A stretch of 64,000 bases of DNA, from NCBI GenBank assembly GCA_026395295.1, contig JAPLYZ010000007.1:66518-130517 (forward strand). Direction: 5' to 3'. Under the pieces are notes generated by a model. It did no database searches. It was not told where the DNA came from and was given only the letters and a program-made list of their open reading frames with translations. Of this stretch, positions 20,484-29,484 are shown piece by piece; within the stretch, counting starts at the first letter, position 1; each line of letters starts with the position of its first letter. A program made the translations under genes and the position numbers. The stretch is from Candidatus Staskawiczbacteria bacterium (lineage in GTDB: Bacteria > Patescibacteriota > Minisyncoccia > Minisyncoccales > Staskawiczbacteraceae).

Positions 20484-20933
20484 ATGATTTTGCTCGTACA
20501 CCTGCTATTTGGTGCCGCAATTGGGTCTGCAATAAAAAACATTCCGCTGGCGATTATCTTGGCTTTTTTAAGCCATTACTTTTTGGATCTTTTCCCCCAT
20601 ATTGAGTATCCTATTGAAAATCTCAGAAAAAAGCAATGGGATAGGGTGGCAACCGAGGTTTTAAGCATATTCCTAGATTTTTGCTTAGGAATTTTAATTA
20701 TTATTTTTCTTGCCAAAAATCAGCTCTTTGTTTATGTCTGCGCCCTTTTAGCAATAATTCCAGACGGGTTAACGGTTTTAAGTTATCTTTTCCCAAACAA
20801 AGTCTTCACGCTACACGATATTTTCCATAGGCAAAAAATTCATTTTTTAAAAGATAAAAAAATCTCCAATTTTTGGAGAATCACAAGCCAAATTTTAGCG
20901 GCTATTATTTCTATCGCGATATTAATTTCCTAG
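20484..20933 (+). CDS. hypothetical membrane protein
   Basis: 149 aa with 4 predicted TM helices; no recognised motif. Confidence 0.4.
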   Translation: MILLVHLLFGAAIGSAIKNIPLAIILAFLSHYFLDLFPHIEYPIENLRKKQWDRVATEVLSIFLDFCLGILIIIFLAKNQLFVYVCALLAIIPDGLTVLSYLFPNKVFTLHDIFHRQKIHFLKDKKISNFWRITSQILAAIISIAILIS

Positions 20934-21964
20934 TCAGATTCAAAATTGCCCTCTCTTCTTTTTTCTAAGAACTCTTTCACAAACTCAAAAATAATTCCAA
21001 AAACAGGAACCGCAAAAATCGTTCCTAAAAATCCAAACAATTTGGCTCCTACAAGTAAAGATATTAAAACCAAAACTGGCGGCACGTCTACCAGTTTTTT
21101 CATTAAAAGCGGAGTTAAAATTTTATTGTCAATTTCCTGTATTATAAACACTGCTATTAAAATATACAGCACTGTAAGCCATGAGCCAGATGAAACGGCT
21201 ATGAATACAATTAACAACACAGTGGTTATCCATGGTCCTATATATGGCACAAAATTTAAGACTCCGGAAATCAAAGCCAAAATAAAAGCGTATTTTACCC
21301 CGAAAATAAAGAATACGACAAACGAGGCCACTCCCACAAAAAGACAGGAAAGAATTCTTGCGCCAAACCACCCGGAAACTTTGTTTTGAGCTCTTTGGAA
21401 AAGCGTTACAATATTTTCTTCAAATCTTTTTGGGAATACAAGCGTCAAAAATTTCTCAAAGGCCTTGTCTTCCAAAGAAAGAAAAAAGGCAGCTGTTAAA
21501 ATAAAGGCAGTGGAATACAATCCCCCAAAAAACGTTGCCACAGCGCTCATAACTCCCTTAGAGCTCTGGGCAAGACCTCCCACTAAAAGTTTAGTAAAAT
21601 CGTCAAAGGCTTTTGCTGTGTCAATTCCGGTTTGCTGTAAAATTGGGCTGATCTGCTCGAAGTAATCTGGCAAATGCTGGGATAGTTGCTTAAGTTCTGC
21701 GATGAAGAGCGGAGCTGTCAGATAAATTAAAATCCCTAAAATGCCAAAGATTGAAAGATAGACAAACACAACTGCCAAAATTTTCGGCACCCAGAACTTT
21801 TGCAAAAAATCAATCGCCGGCGCCAGCAAAACAGATATTGCCAAGGCAAAAAAGAACCAAAGGGCAATTTCCTTGGTCAAATAAATAAAGTAAAAAACAA
21901 AAATCGCTAAAAATATCTTAGCTATTGTCTGCCATGAAACGTCTAAAACCTGTTCTTTTTCCAT
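20930..21964 (-). CDS. AI-2E family transporter (UPF0118/PerM-like)
   Basis: 8-TM architecture and AI-2E family-like sequence. Confidence 0.75.
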   Translation of the reverse strand: MEKEQVLDVSWQTIAKIFLAIFVFYFIYLTKEIALWFFFALAISVLLAPAIDFLQKFWVPKILAVVFVYLSIFGILGILIYLTAPLFIAELKQLSQHLPDYFEQISPILQQTGIDTAKAFDDFTKLLVGGLAQSSKGVMSAVATFFGGLYSTAFILTAAFFLSLEDKAFEKFLTLVFPKRFEENIVTLFQRAQNKVSGWFGARILSCLFVGVASFVVFFIFGVKYAFILALISGVLNFVPYIGPWITTVLLIVFIAVSSGSWLTVLYILIAVFIIQEIDNKILTPLLMKKLVDVPPVLVLISLLVGAKLFGFLGTIFAVPVFGIIFEFVKEFLEKRREGNFESD

Positions 21965-21966
21965 TT

Positions 21967-23244
21967 TTATAGTTTTAATAACTGCTCCAGCTTGGAAGAA
22001 TCTTTTTCTTCCACCGGGCCAACGACAGCTAAATTGAGTTTCTCTGGAACAAAAATATCTTCTGCTACTTTCTTTATATCATTTATAGAAACCTCGTCAA
22101 TCTTCTTAAATTTTTCTTCGGGCGTTAAGATATTTTTTTCCAGTAGTTCTTGAGCTCCATAAAAAGACGCTTGATGGTCTGACGAATCCAAGGACAAAGA
22201 TGTAGTTCCTTTCAGATAATCCTTTGCTTTCTGCAATTCTTTTTCTGTAATTTTTTTGTCTCTCAAGTCTCTGTACTCCTGCAAAATCAATCCCATGGCC
22301 TTCTCCAAGTTTTTATGGTCAATGCCAGCCTGAGTAACCAAATATCCCGTGTCGGTTGAGGTGTCGGTTGAGGTGTGTATTGAATATGCTAATCCATTCC
22401 TCTCCCTTACTTTTATAAAAAGACGAGAGCTCATGTTTCCTCCCAAAATAATAGAAAGCAAAGCTAGAGCGTATCTCTTCTCATCAAATAAATTGTAAGC
22501 CCGAACTCCCAAACAAAAATGCGTCTGGTCTGTTTTTTTGTAGTGCAATAAAACTTTTGGCTCTTTCTGAATTTCTTCCGCTTTATTTTTTCCGGTTGTC
22601 TTGGCTTTTTGTGCTTTCCCAAAATAACTTTTAATCTTTTCTTCCGCTTCCTTTGACTTAACTCCTCCTGCAACACAAATTATTACGTTTGACGGAGAAT
22701 AATGAGATTTGTAATAATCCAAAACCTTTTTTCTGTTGAAGCTCAATATATTTTCTTTTTCTCCTATCACCATCCATCCTGCAGGCTGGTCGTCATACAA
22801 AAGCTTTTCCCAAAGGTCGCCAACATAAGCTGTCGGGGTGTCTAAATACATATTCATCTCCTCAATTATCACTCCTTTTTCTCTTTCCATTTCCTTTTCG
22901 TCAAACTTGGAATTCAAAAATATATCAGAAATCCAGTCTAATGCAACGCCAAAATGCTTCTTATCAACTTTCGCCCAAAAACCAGTGACTTCTTTAGAAG
23001 TAAAAGCATTATACTCTCCGCCAACTGAATCTAGGGTCTCGGAAATTTTTAAAGTGTTTGGTCGTTTTTCTGTTCCTTTAAAAAACATATGCTCTAAAAA
23101 ATGAGAGATGCCGTTTATGTCTTTTGTTTCGTATTTAGATCCGGTCCCAACCAATATCAAAACCGTGACAGAGTTAGCATTTTCCATCGGAATTGTAATC
23201 ACCCTTAACCCGTTATTTAATATTGTCTTATTATATGAGTTCAT
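21967..23244 (-). CDS. M16 family zinc peptidase (insulinase-like)
   Basis: HFLEHMFFKGT inverted zinc motif (HxxEH). Confidence 0.8.
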   Translation of the reverse strand: MNSYNKTILNNGLRVITIPMENANSVTVLILVGTGSKYETKDINGISHFLEHMFFKGTEKRPNTLKISETLDSVGGEYNAFTSKEVTGFWAKVDKKHFGVALDWISDIFLNSKFDEKEMEREKGVIIEEMNMYLDTPTAYVGDLWEKLLYDDQPAGWMVIGEKENILSFNRKKVLDYYKSHYSPSNVIICVAGGVKSKEAEEKIKSYFGKAQKAKTTGKNKAEEIQKEPKVLLHYKKTDQTHFCLGVRAYNLFDEKRYALALLSIILGGNMSSRLFIKVRERNGLAYSIHTSTDTSTDTGYLVTQAGIDHKNLEKAMGLILQEYRDLRDKKITEKELQKAKDYLKGTTSLSLDSSDHQASFYGAQELLEKNILTPEEKFKKIDEVSINDIKKVAEDIFVPEKLNLAVVGPVEEKDSSKLEQLLKL

Positions 23245-23914
23245 TTTTATAAAATGGAAGCATTAATCTTATTTTTAATATCTCAAACATCATTTTTAAT
23301 CTCAAAACAAACCCCCTGAAAAATCCCCACTTCTCTTCCTTTGTTACCACTTTTAAATTATCCAAAACAACATATTTAACCGTCGAGCCCTTAATTCTGC
23401 AATAGTAGTTAAGACTTGGCTCAACCGCAAACCCTTGTAAAAATTTATCGGGAATCTTTTCAAACAGTCCTCTTTTTATTGCCCTTTCTCCTCCAATGGC
23501 CATTAAAGGGTCGAGAGTGGCAATTAATCTTGGCAGACCCAATAAACGATCTCTTATCCCAACGCACATACCTACATCTTCCTCAAGCATCGGCTTTACC
23601 AGTTTGGAAATATGCTTTTGAGACAAACCAACCAAATCAGCATCAAAAAAAACAATAATTTCAGCGTCAGTTTTTTCCAGCCCAGCCTTCATCGCGTTGC
23701 CTTTGCCACTTCCGCCTATCTTCGGCAATTTCACAACTTCTGCCCCTAATTTTTTACCAATTTCCGCAGTTCTGTCGGTTGAGCCATCGTCCACCAAAAT
23801 AACCCTATCTAAAACTTTCGAATTTAGAAGAACTTTCAAAACTTTTCCGACATTAGCCTCTTCATCTAACGCCGGCACAATGGCCGCAATCTTTTTTTTA
23901 TTTGATTTTACCAT
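23231..23914 (-). CDS. glycosyltransferase family 2 (polyprenol-phosphate sugar transferase-like)
   Basis: IVPALDEE...LVDDGSTDRT GT2 signature; DAD motif. Confidence 0.75.
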   Translation of the reverse strand: MVKSNKKKIAAIVPALDEEANVGKVLKVLLNSKVLDRVILVDDGSTDRTAEIGKKLGAEVVKLPKIGGSGKGNAMKAGLEKTDAEIIVFFDADLVGLSQKHISKLVKPMLEEDVGMCVGIRDRLLGLPRLIATLDPLMAIGGERAIKRGLFEKIPDKFLQGFAVEPSLNYYCRIKGSTVKYVVLDNLKVVTKEEKWGFFRGFVLRLKMMFEILKIRLMLPFYKNELI

Positions 23915-25220
23915 CTAAAAATGCTGGCAAGTCTTTTATTTTTATTCTTTCCTGTTTCATGGTGTCTCTGTCTCTGACTGTTACGTCGTCATTCTTCAAA
24001 GTATCGAAGTCAATTGTTATACAAAAAGGAGTTCCAATTTCGTCTTGGCTGTAATAACGCTTGCCAATGTTCCCCCTGTCGTCAAAAGCAACTACAAAAT
24101 TTTTCTTCAAATCATGAAATACTTCTTTAGCTTTTTCTACCAACTCAGGCTTGTTTTTCAAAAGAGGAAAAACCGCAACCTTATACGGCGCCAATTTCGG
24201 TTTTAATTTCAAAACAACTCTTTCGCCATCCTCCGCATACGCATCGCAAAGCACAGCTAAAACCGACCTATCAACCCCGAAAGTCGGTTCAACAACATGA
24301 GGATACATTTTTTCTCCTGACTCAACGTCTTCATATGGCGGCTCTTTGAAATGATTTTTCAAATCAAAATCTGTGCGGTAAGCTAAGCCATATAATTCCG
24401 ACCTGCCGAAAGGATAATCATATTCTATGTCAATTGTTCTTTTGGAATAATGCGCCCGGTTTTCAGGAAGACACTCGCAATCATGAAGATTTTTCTTTTC
24501 AATGCCCAGTTCGTCGGTCGTCCAAGCCCACATTTCTTTCTGCCATGTTTCAAAAACTTTTTCCCAATCTTCAGCCTTAATAAAATATTCAATCTCCATT
24601 TGTTCAAATTCTCTTGTACGAAAAATGAAATTGCCGGGAGTTACTTCGTTTCTAAAAGCCTTGCCTATTTGCGCAATCCCAAAAGGAATTTTTCTTCTGG
24701 TTGTATCCAACACATTTTTAAAATCAACAAACATCGCCTGAGCTGTTTCCGGGCGAAAGTACACGGTGCTTGCGCTGTCTTCGGTCACACCCAAAAAGGT
24801 CTTCAACATTAAATTAAATTGTCTCGGTTCGCTCAGTTTTCCTTGGCAATCAGGACATTTAATGCTTTTATTAAATTTTTTCGTTTTTTCATAGTCAGGG
24901 TCAATGTGGTCAGCTCTAAATCTTCTTTTGCATTTTTCGCATTCAACCAGCGGGTCGGAAAACTCTTTAAGATGCCCCGAAGCTTCCCAAACTTTTGGGT
25001 TCATAATCAAGGCCGCGTCAATTCCCACCATGTCGTCTCGCTGATGGACAAAACGCTCCCACCAAAGATTTTTTATGTTATTTTTCAGTTCAACTCCCAA
25101 TGGGCCATAGTCAAACGAATTAGCCAATCCGCCATAAATTTCCGACCCGGGGAAAATAAAGCCCCGTCTTTTGCACAAAGACACAATTTTTTCTATTTTT
25201 TCCAAACTATTTTCTTTCAT
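23898..25220 (-). CDS. glyQS: glycyl-tRNA synthetase (class II, alpha2 type)
   Basis: RGFIFPGSEIYGG, FRNE, and class II motifs. Confidence 0.9.
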   Translation of the reverse strand: MKENSLEKIEKIVSLCKRRGFIFPGSEIYGGLANSFDYGPLGVELKNNIKNLWWERFVHQRDDMVGIDAALIMNPKVWEASGHLKEFSDPLVECEKCKRRFRADHIDPDYEKTKKFNKSIKCPDCQGKLSEPRQFNLMLKTFLGVTEDSASTVYFRPETAQAMFVDFKNVLDTTRRKIPFGIAQIGKAFRNEVTPGNFIFRTREFEQMEIEYFIKAEDWEKVFETWQKEMWAWTTDELGIEKKNLHDCECLPENRAHYSKRTIDIEYDYPFGRSELYGLAYRTDFDLKNHFKEPPYEDVESGEKMYPHVVEPTFGVDRSVLAVLCDAYAEDGERVVLKLKPKLAPYKVAVFPLLKNKPELVEKAKEVFHDLKKNFVVAFDDRGNIGKRYYSQDEIGTPFCITIDFDTLKNDDVTVRDRDTMKQERIKIKDLPAFLDGKIK

Positions 25221-25343
25221 GGTATCTATTTTTTTAATTTAGTTTATCTTACCTCTTAAATCGCCGAAATTCAACCTTTCACCCTCTTCAAAACAAAAAG
25301 CGAGCCGAATGATAAAATTGTCTCGCCTTAGTCTAAAAGCCAG

Positions 25344-25379
25344 ATACGTTTAATTCTGCGGTCGCAGAATTAAACGTAT
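25344..25379. repeat. palindromic repeat family P36 copy (perfect 17-nt arms)
   Basis: ATACGTTTAATTCTGCGGTCGCAGAATTAAACGTAT, just downstream of the hss stop codon. Confidence 0.7.
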
Positions 25380-25405
25380 TTGATGTTTTTACTATTTTTT
25401 TTATT

Positions 25406-26854
25406 TTATGGTAAAGTTAGAAAGTTTTTGAATTGCCAGGGGTCTGGGTCGGGCGTGCTTGCCGGGTTTTCCGGAAAGAAAACCGTCCTGCTTTTCAGAG
25501 GGGTCCAATCGCTTGCTTTGGAAATTAAATTTCCCAAATATGGTTTGGCTACTTTTAAAACATAATCGTGTGGCAAGTCTTCGGGCGAGCAAAGTCCTTT
25601 TTTAGGATTATCAATCATCCATTCTATGGCCCCCAAAAGTCCGGCGGCAACCTGCAAAGTTGTGGCATTCTTACCCTTAATTATTTTTCTTGTTTGCTCA
25701 ATGCTTAAAGAAGTTCCTGTCCACCAAGAATTGTAATCGTGCCCCATTAAAAATGCCCCCAAAATGTCTTTGCCCGAAGTTATGTCATCTGTCATTGTTC
25801 TTAATTTCGGTTGCATTATATATCGCCGGGCTTTTAATTCCACCAAAGACGAAAGAGCTTCGTGACAAGGCATATAAACATAATGAACAGTTGGTCTGTA
25901 AATGGCTTTTCCGCTTTGATCTCGCACAGTAAGCCTGTCCGAAATTCCAAAAGCTTCGCCGTGCCTGACAATCATTCCTTCTATTTCGCCAACCTCCGGA
26001 ACCCAAGACCTTGCCCAAGTATTTATTCCCATTCTGGCTAAAAAAATCTGGTTGTCGGGACCAATAACAGGTTTCTCGGCCAGCAGGGGCAATTCTTTTT
26101 CGTGCGTACCCCAGCCCATTTCCGAGGGAGCTGTTCCTTCTTCGTGAAACCCCGGGATAGACCAAGTGTTCACAAACTCATTTACCTGCTTTGGTTTGTT
26201 TGTAATTTGAGTATCTCTCTCCGAGCAATGAATAACCTTCACCCCAAGTTTTTGCGCCAGCCTCGGAAAATCTTTTTTATTTTTATATTCAAGCAATTCT
26301 TCTAAGTCTTTGCCTAGAATCTTTTTATCTTTGACCAGCTTGTCGGCAATATCCAGCAATCCCTTTTTCACAAAGTGCGATATTAACCCCGGGTTTGCGC
26401 CGTGGTCAATAACTGCTGTGGCTGAATCTTTCGGCCAAGTTTTTATCATTTCCCTCAAGCTCATCTGACGGGAATGCAAAGTTTTGCTGTAAACAGTCGG
26501 CAAATTGTTGGTGTCCCATAATTCCACGGAAGTATTTATGTATAAATTGTTGTGGTCATGGCACCATTTTATAATGTCATCTGCTCCTATGTTCCAGGCA
26601 AGGTCTATGACAAATCCGTTATCGCCGGCGTACTTTGTCATCACAGCATTTAAATTCTCTGGAGTAATCCTTTTTCTGTAATACTTCAAGCCCTTTTTTG
26701 TAAAAGGTTTCAATTGCTCCAATTTATTTTCAAAATCAATTATGGTTATATTTTTCAATGGAACATCCACGTGTTTTAAAAATAGAGGAAGCGTGCACTG
26801 TGCGACTGCGCCATAACCTAAAATTGTAATTTTTCCGTTAAATTTTTTGGACAT
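25406..26854 (-). CDS. hss: homospermidine synthase
   Basis: Aligns along its full length with bacterial HSS (ITILGYGAVAQCTLPL; DHGANPGLISHFVK; ERDTQ...VNTWS..GF; C-terminal DPWQFKNFL). Confidence 0.85.
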   Translation of the reverse strand: MSKKFNGKITILGYGAVAQCTLPLFLKHVDVPLKNITIIDFENKLEQLKPFTKKGLKYYRKRITPENLNAVMTKYAGDNGFVIDLAWNIGADDIIKWCHDHNNLYINTSVELWDTNNLPTVYSKTLHSRQMSLREMIKTWPKDSATAVIDHGANPGLISHFVKKGLLDIADKLVKDKKILGKDLEELLEYKNKKDFPRLAQKLGVKVIHCSERDTQITNKPKQVNEFVNTWSIPGFHEEGTAPSEMGWGTHEKELPLLAEKPVIGPDNQIFLARMGINTWARSWVPEVGEIEGMIVRHGEAFGISDRLTVRDQSGKAIYRPTVHYVYMPCHEALSSLVELKARRYIMQPKLRTMTDDITSGKDILGAFLMGHDYNSWWTGTSLSIEQTRKIIKGKNATTLQVAAGLLGAIEWMIDNPKKGLCSPEDLPHDYVLKVAKPYLGNLISKASDWTPLKSRTVFFPENPASTPDPDPWQFKNFLTLP

Positions 26855-26855
26855 T

Positions 26856-28046
26856 TTATTCGTTTATGTGAATAATTTTTGCAGGAGGAAAACCATTAAA
26901 ATTTGTTGCTGACGCATTCGAATATGCGCCGATGTTCTCCTGATAAATCAAATCTCCGTCTTCTAATTTTGGCAAAAAAGCATCTTTTGAATTGTGTATG
27001 TAAGAATTTTCCGAAAGTTCGTCTAAGCCATCGCAGGTCTGGCCAAAAACTTTGCACTTGATTTTTTCACCTTTTTTGAATGTTTCTAGGTTTGGTTCAA
27101 AATGGTCATATATAATAGCTGAAAAAGTATGATAAACTCCATCATCAATATGATAACAAGGCATCTCGGTTGAATGTTTCGCAAGAACAACTTTTGAAAT
27201 TGCTGTTCCGGCATTAGCCACCAAAAACCTGCCGGGCTCGGCAATTATGGCTGTATTTTCTCTTGGGAATAATTTATCGAGTTCTCTGTTTATCATTTCA
27301 GTCAATTTTCCAAAACAATTTTCATTTCCATTATACTGCGCGGGGAATCCTCCTCCTATATCCACGATTTTTATGGCGTGGTCAGAAGTTCTTTTTTCCC
27401 CAATTTCGAGTCCTCTTTTTTCCGCTTCCGCAAAAACTTCCGCCACAGACCTTAGCGCTTTTATAAAATTATCCGGATTATTGCATTGACTTCCGGCATG
27501 AAAACTTATGCCCTCAACCTCCAACCCTTCTTTGATTGTCTCCCCTATCAAATCCACCGCCAATTTTGGGTCAATACCAAATTTATTGGAAAATTTTACA
27601 ACAGAACCTTCGTCGCAAACCTTCAAACGCAATAATAATCCCGCATCGGGGCAGTGCTTTTTTATTTTTCTCATTTCTTCAACGCTGTCGTAAGTTAAGA
27701 GCGGTTTGTATAAATTCAAAACATGCAAAGAGTCGGGCTTCTTTACCGGATTAGCATAAATAATCTTATTCCAAATAAAATCTTGCAAGGCTTCCGGCTC
27801 GAGATACTTTACCATATTAAAAACAAGATTGAATTCAGGAAGCGATGCCACGTCAAAGCTGGCTCCCATGTCATACAAAGTTTTTATTATCTTCGGCTCT
27901 GAATTTGCCTTAACGGCAAAATAAACCTGCACCCGAGGAAGTTTTTTTCTAAACTCTGAATAATTTTTTCTTATTTTATCGTGGTCAATAACCAGCAACG
28001 GAGTCTCGTGCTCGTTAACTAAACTTTCAATTTTTTTTCTGTCCAT
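26856..28046 (-). CDS. ornithine/lysine decarboxylase (PLP-dependent, alanine-racemase fold)
   Basis: FAVKANSEP...GASFDVAS PLP-Lys motif; GGGF motif. Confidence 0.8.
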   Translation of the reverse strand: MDRKKIESLVNEHETPLLVIDHDKIRKNYSEFRKKLPRVQVYFAVKANSEPKIIKTLYDMGASFDVASLPEFNLVFNMVKYLEPEALQDFIWNKIIYANPVKKPDSLHVLNLYKPLLTYDSVEEMRKIKKHCPDAGLLLRLKVCDEGSVVKFSNKFGIDPKLAVDLIGETIKEGLEVEGISFHAGSQCNNPDNFIKALRSVAEVFAEAEKRGLEIGEKRTSDHAIKIVDIGGGFPAQYNGNENCFGKLTEMINRELDKLFPRENTAIIAEPGRFLVANAGTAISKVVLAKHSTEMPCYHIDDGVYHTFSAIIYDHFEPNLETFKKGEKIKCKVFGQTCDGLDELSENSYIHNSKDAFLPKLEDGDLIYQENIGAYSNASATNFNGFPPAKIIHINE

Positions 28047-28164
28047 TAATTTTTAATTTTAAATTTCTAAATTATTTTATTCTACTCTTTCCAAAATTAA
28101 ATTTCAATATCATTTTTATCCGTATAAAAAAATTCCCAATGTTCGGCAAAGCGTTCACTGGGAC

Positions 28165-28743
28165 TTAAGTCTTTCTTTTTTTAGAAGCTATTTCCAACAA
28201 TTTCTGCTTAGCATGCTCGTATTCCCCGTCAAGAATGGCTTTTATCTCCGGCTCAATTTTATCCCAATCTCTCGCCAGTTTTTCGGCAAGTGTTTGGTAC
28301 ACCGCCACCTCTAAAATTCCCCGGTCTTCCACCTGGACCCGCCACAGCTCCTCCAAATTTCCGAAATGTTCTATTGCGTCCGCCGCCGCTACACATTTCG
28401 CTTCAATTGTTTGAAATGCAATCCTTTGGCTTCCACGATGAGAATAAACGGCGCTTATTATTGGTCCTATCAACGGCAAGGGACATCCGCACTTAAGCAG
28501 AATCGGCCCAGCTTCTTGCGCTCCGGTAATATGATGGTTTTCCTTTCCATATTTCGCCGCTCCCACGTCGTGAAGAAGACCTCCTGCTTCAGCGACGAAC
28601 TTATCTCCCTGCATTTTTCCCGCAAAGTCTTTTGCATATTGCGCGACCCGTTGAGCGTGCCGCCAAATAAAAAGTTTGTAGTGAGGGCTGGACAGGTAAA
28701 TCGGTTTTACTTCCCTTCTTATTCTTCTGATGACGCATTCCAT
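28165..28743 (-). CDS. HD-domain phosphohydrolase
   Basis: H..HD motif (LLHDVG); higher GC than neighbouring genes. Confidence 0.6.
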   Translation of the reverse strand: MECVIRRIRREVKPIYLSSPHYKLFIWRHAQRVAQYAKDFAGKMQGDKFVAEAGGLLHDVGAAKYGKENHHITGAQEAGPILLKCGCPLPLIGPIISAVYSHRGSQRIAFQTIEAKCVAAADAIEHFGNLEELWRVQVEDRGILEVAVYQTLAEKLARDWDKIEPEIKAILDGEYEHAKQKLLEIASKKRKT

Positions 28744-28878
28744 AGTCAGCTCCTTTCTGTAAATTATTTTTTAATGTGCATTGAATTTATATTACATCGT
28801 TAAAACAATTTGTCAACAAACCGCACCCAAAAAATCGGCTCAAATGATGGAAATAATACGCCTTAGTCTCAGAGTCAA

Positions 28879-28914
28879 ATACGTTTTATTCTGCGGTCGC
28901 AGAATTCAGCGTAT
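28879..28914. repeat. palindromic repeat family P36 copy (imperfect arms)
   Basis: ATACGTTTTATTCTGCGGTCGCAGAATTCAGCGTAT, upstream of the HD gene. Shares the CGCCTTAGTCT flank with the 25344 copy. Confidence 0.65.
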
Positions 28915-28990
28915 CTGATATTTTCAATTGTTAATTGATTTATTTTGCTTTCTTAAAAATCAAATTTCCATTTATTGCTTTCGATCATAT

Positions 28991-29400
28991 AAAAAAATGC
29001 GCACGTCCTTTTGGTCGTGCGCTTTGTGCCAACTTGGAATGTTTCATCCTTCGCGAGACAGTCGGCGTGCCTATGGTCAGAAGACCATCCGTTGTTTCCC
29101 ATAAAAGCGTGAGCTCATACGGGTGATAAAATCCCTGTTCTCGGGGGTACAGCGGCGATTCCCTAAAAAGCAAAACCACTTTGTTCCTTGCGCATCTGTC
29201 CCTACCTAGTATGGAGGTATCAGCGCAAAATTCTGCTTTTCTGAAGAACAGCACCCACATGGCAGCACGGGTTTTCCCTTTTTATACCCGAAGGGTTCCC
29301 CGTGTGTGGGCTTTGAGCATACCAGGATTTTAGCGGGCGATGATATATCTCATAGGCATATCCTTTCTTGTCAAAGAGCAAACCATTTGCTCCGTACCTT
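28991..29400 (-). ncRNA. unassigned structured ncRNA candidate (GC-rich island, no plausible ORF)
   Basis: About 50% GC in a roughly 37% GC genome. Candidate promoter TTGACA -N17- ATTATA near 29430 on the minus strand. Clean terminator GCGCACG..CGTGCGC + T7 at 28991-29022. Only spurious ORFs cross it. Confidence 0.35.
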
Positions 29401-29484
29401 TATAATAATCCTAATCCCTATTTTGTCAAAACAAAAACCCAAAAGAATAACTTCGGACTTTGTTTCTAGAAAAATAAACCTTTT

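Noticed and set aside
22343-22375. 12-nt tandem duplication GTGTCGGTTGAG x2 in the M16 peptidase gene (encodes STDTSTDT)
   Set aside because: In-frame (4 codons), single duplication, unrelated to the other repeat families. Probably a trivial slippage event.
28985-29260. 91-aa minus-strand ORF and 63-aa plus-strand ORF in the GC-rich intergenic region
   Set aside because: They run through the terminator hairpin and have no RBS or recognisable motif. The region is better explained as non-coding structured RNA.
29000-29400. Possibility that the GC-rich RNA candidate is RNase P RNA, SRP RNA or a second tmRNA
   Set aside because: By eye it lacks the P4 GGAAAGUCCGG / ACAGAA.CCGGCUUA elements, the SRP GGAAGCAGCC domain IV motif, and a tRNA-like 3' end. 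The tmRNA is found at 43398 next to smpB. Left as unassigned rather than forced into a family.
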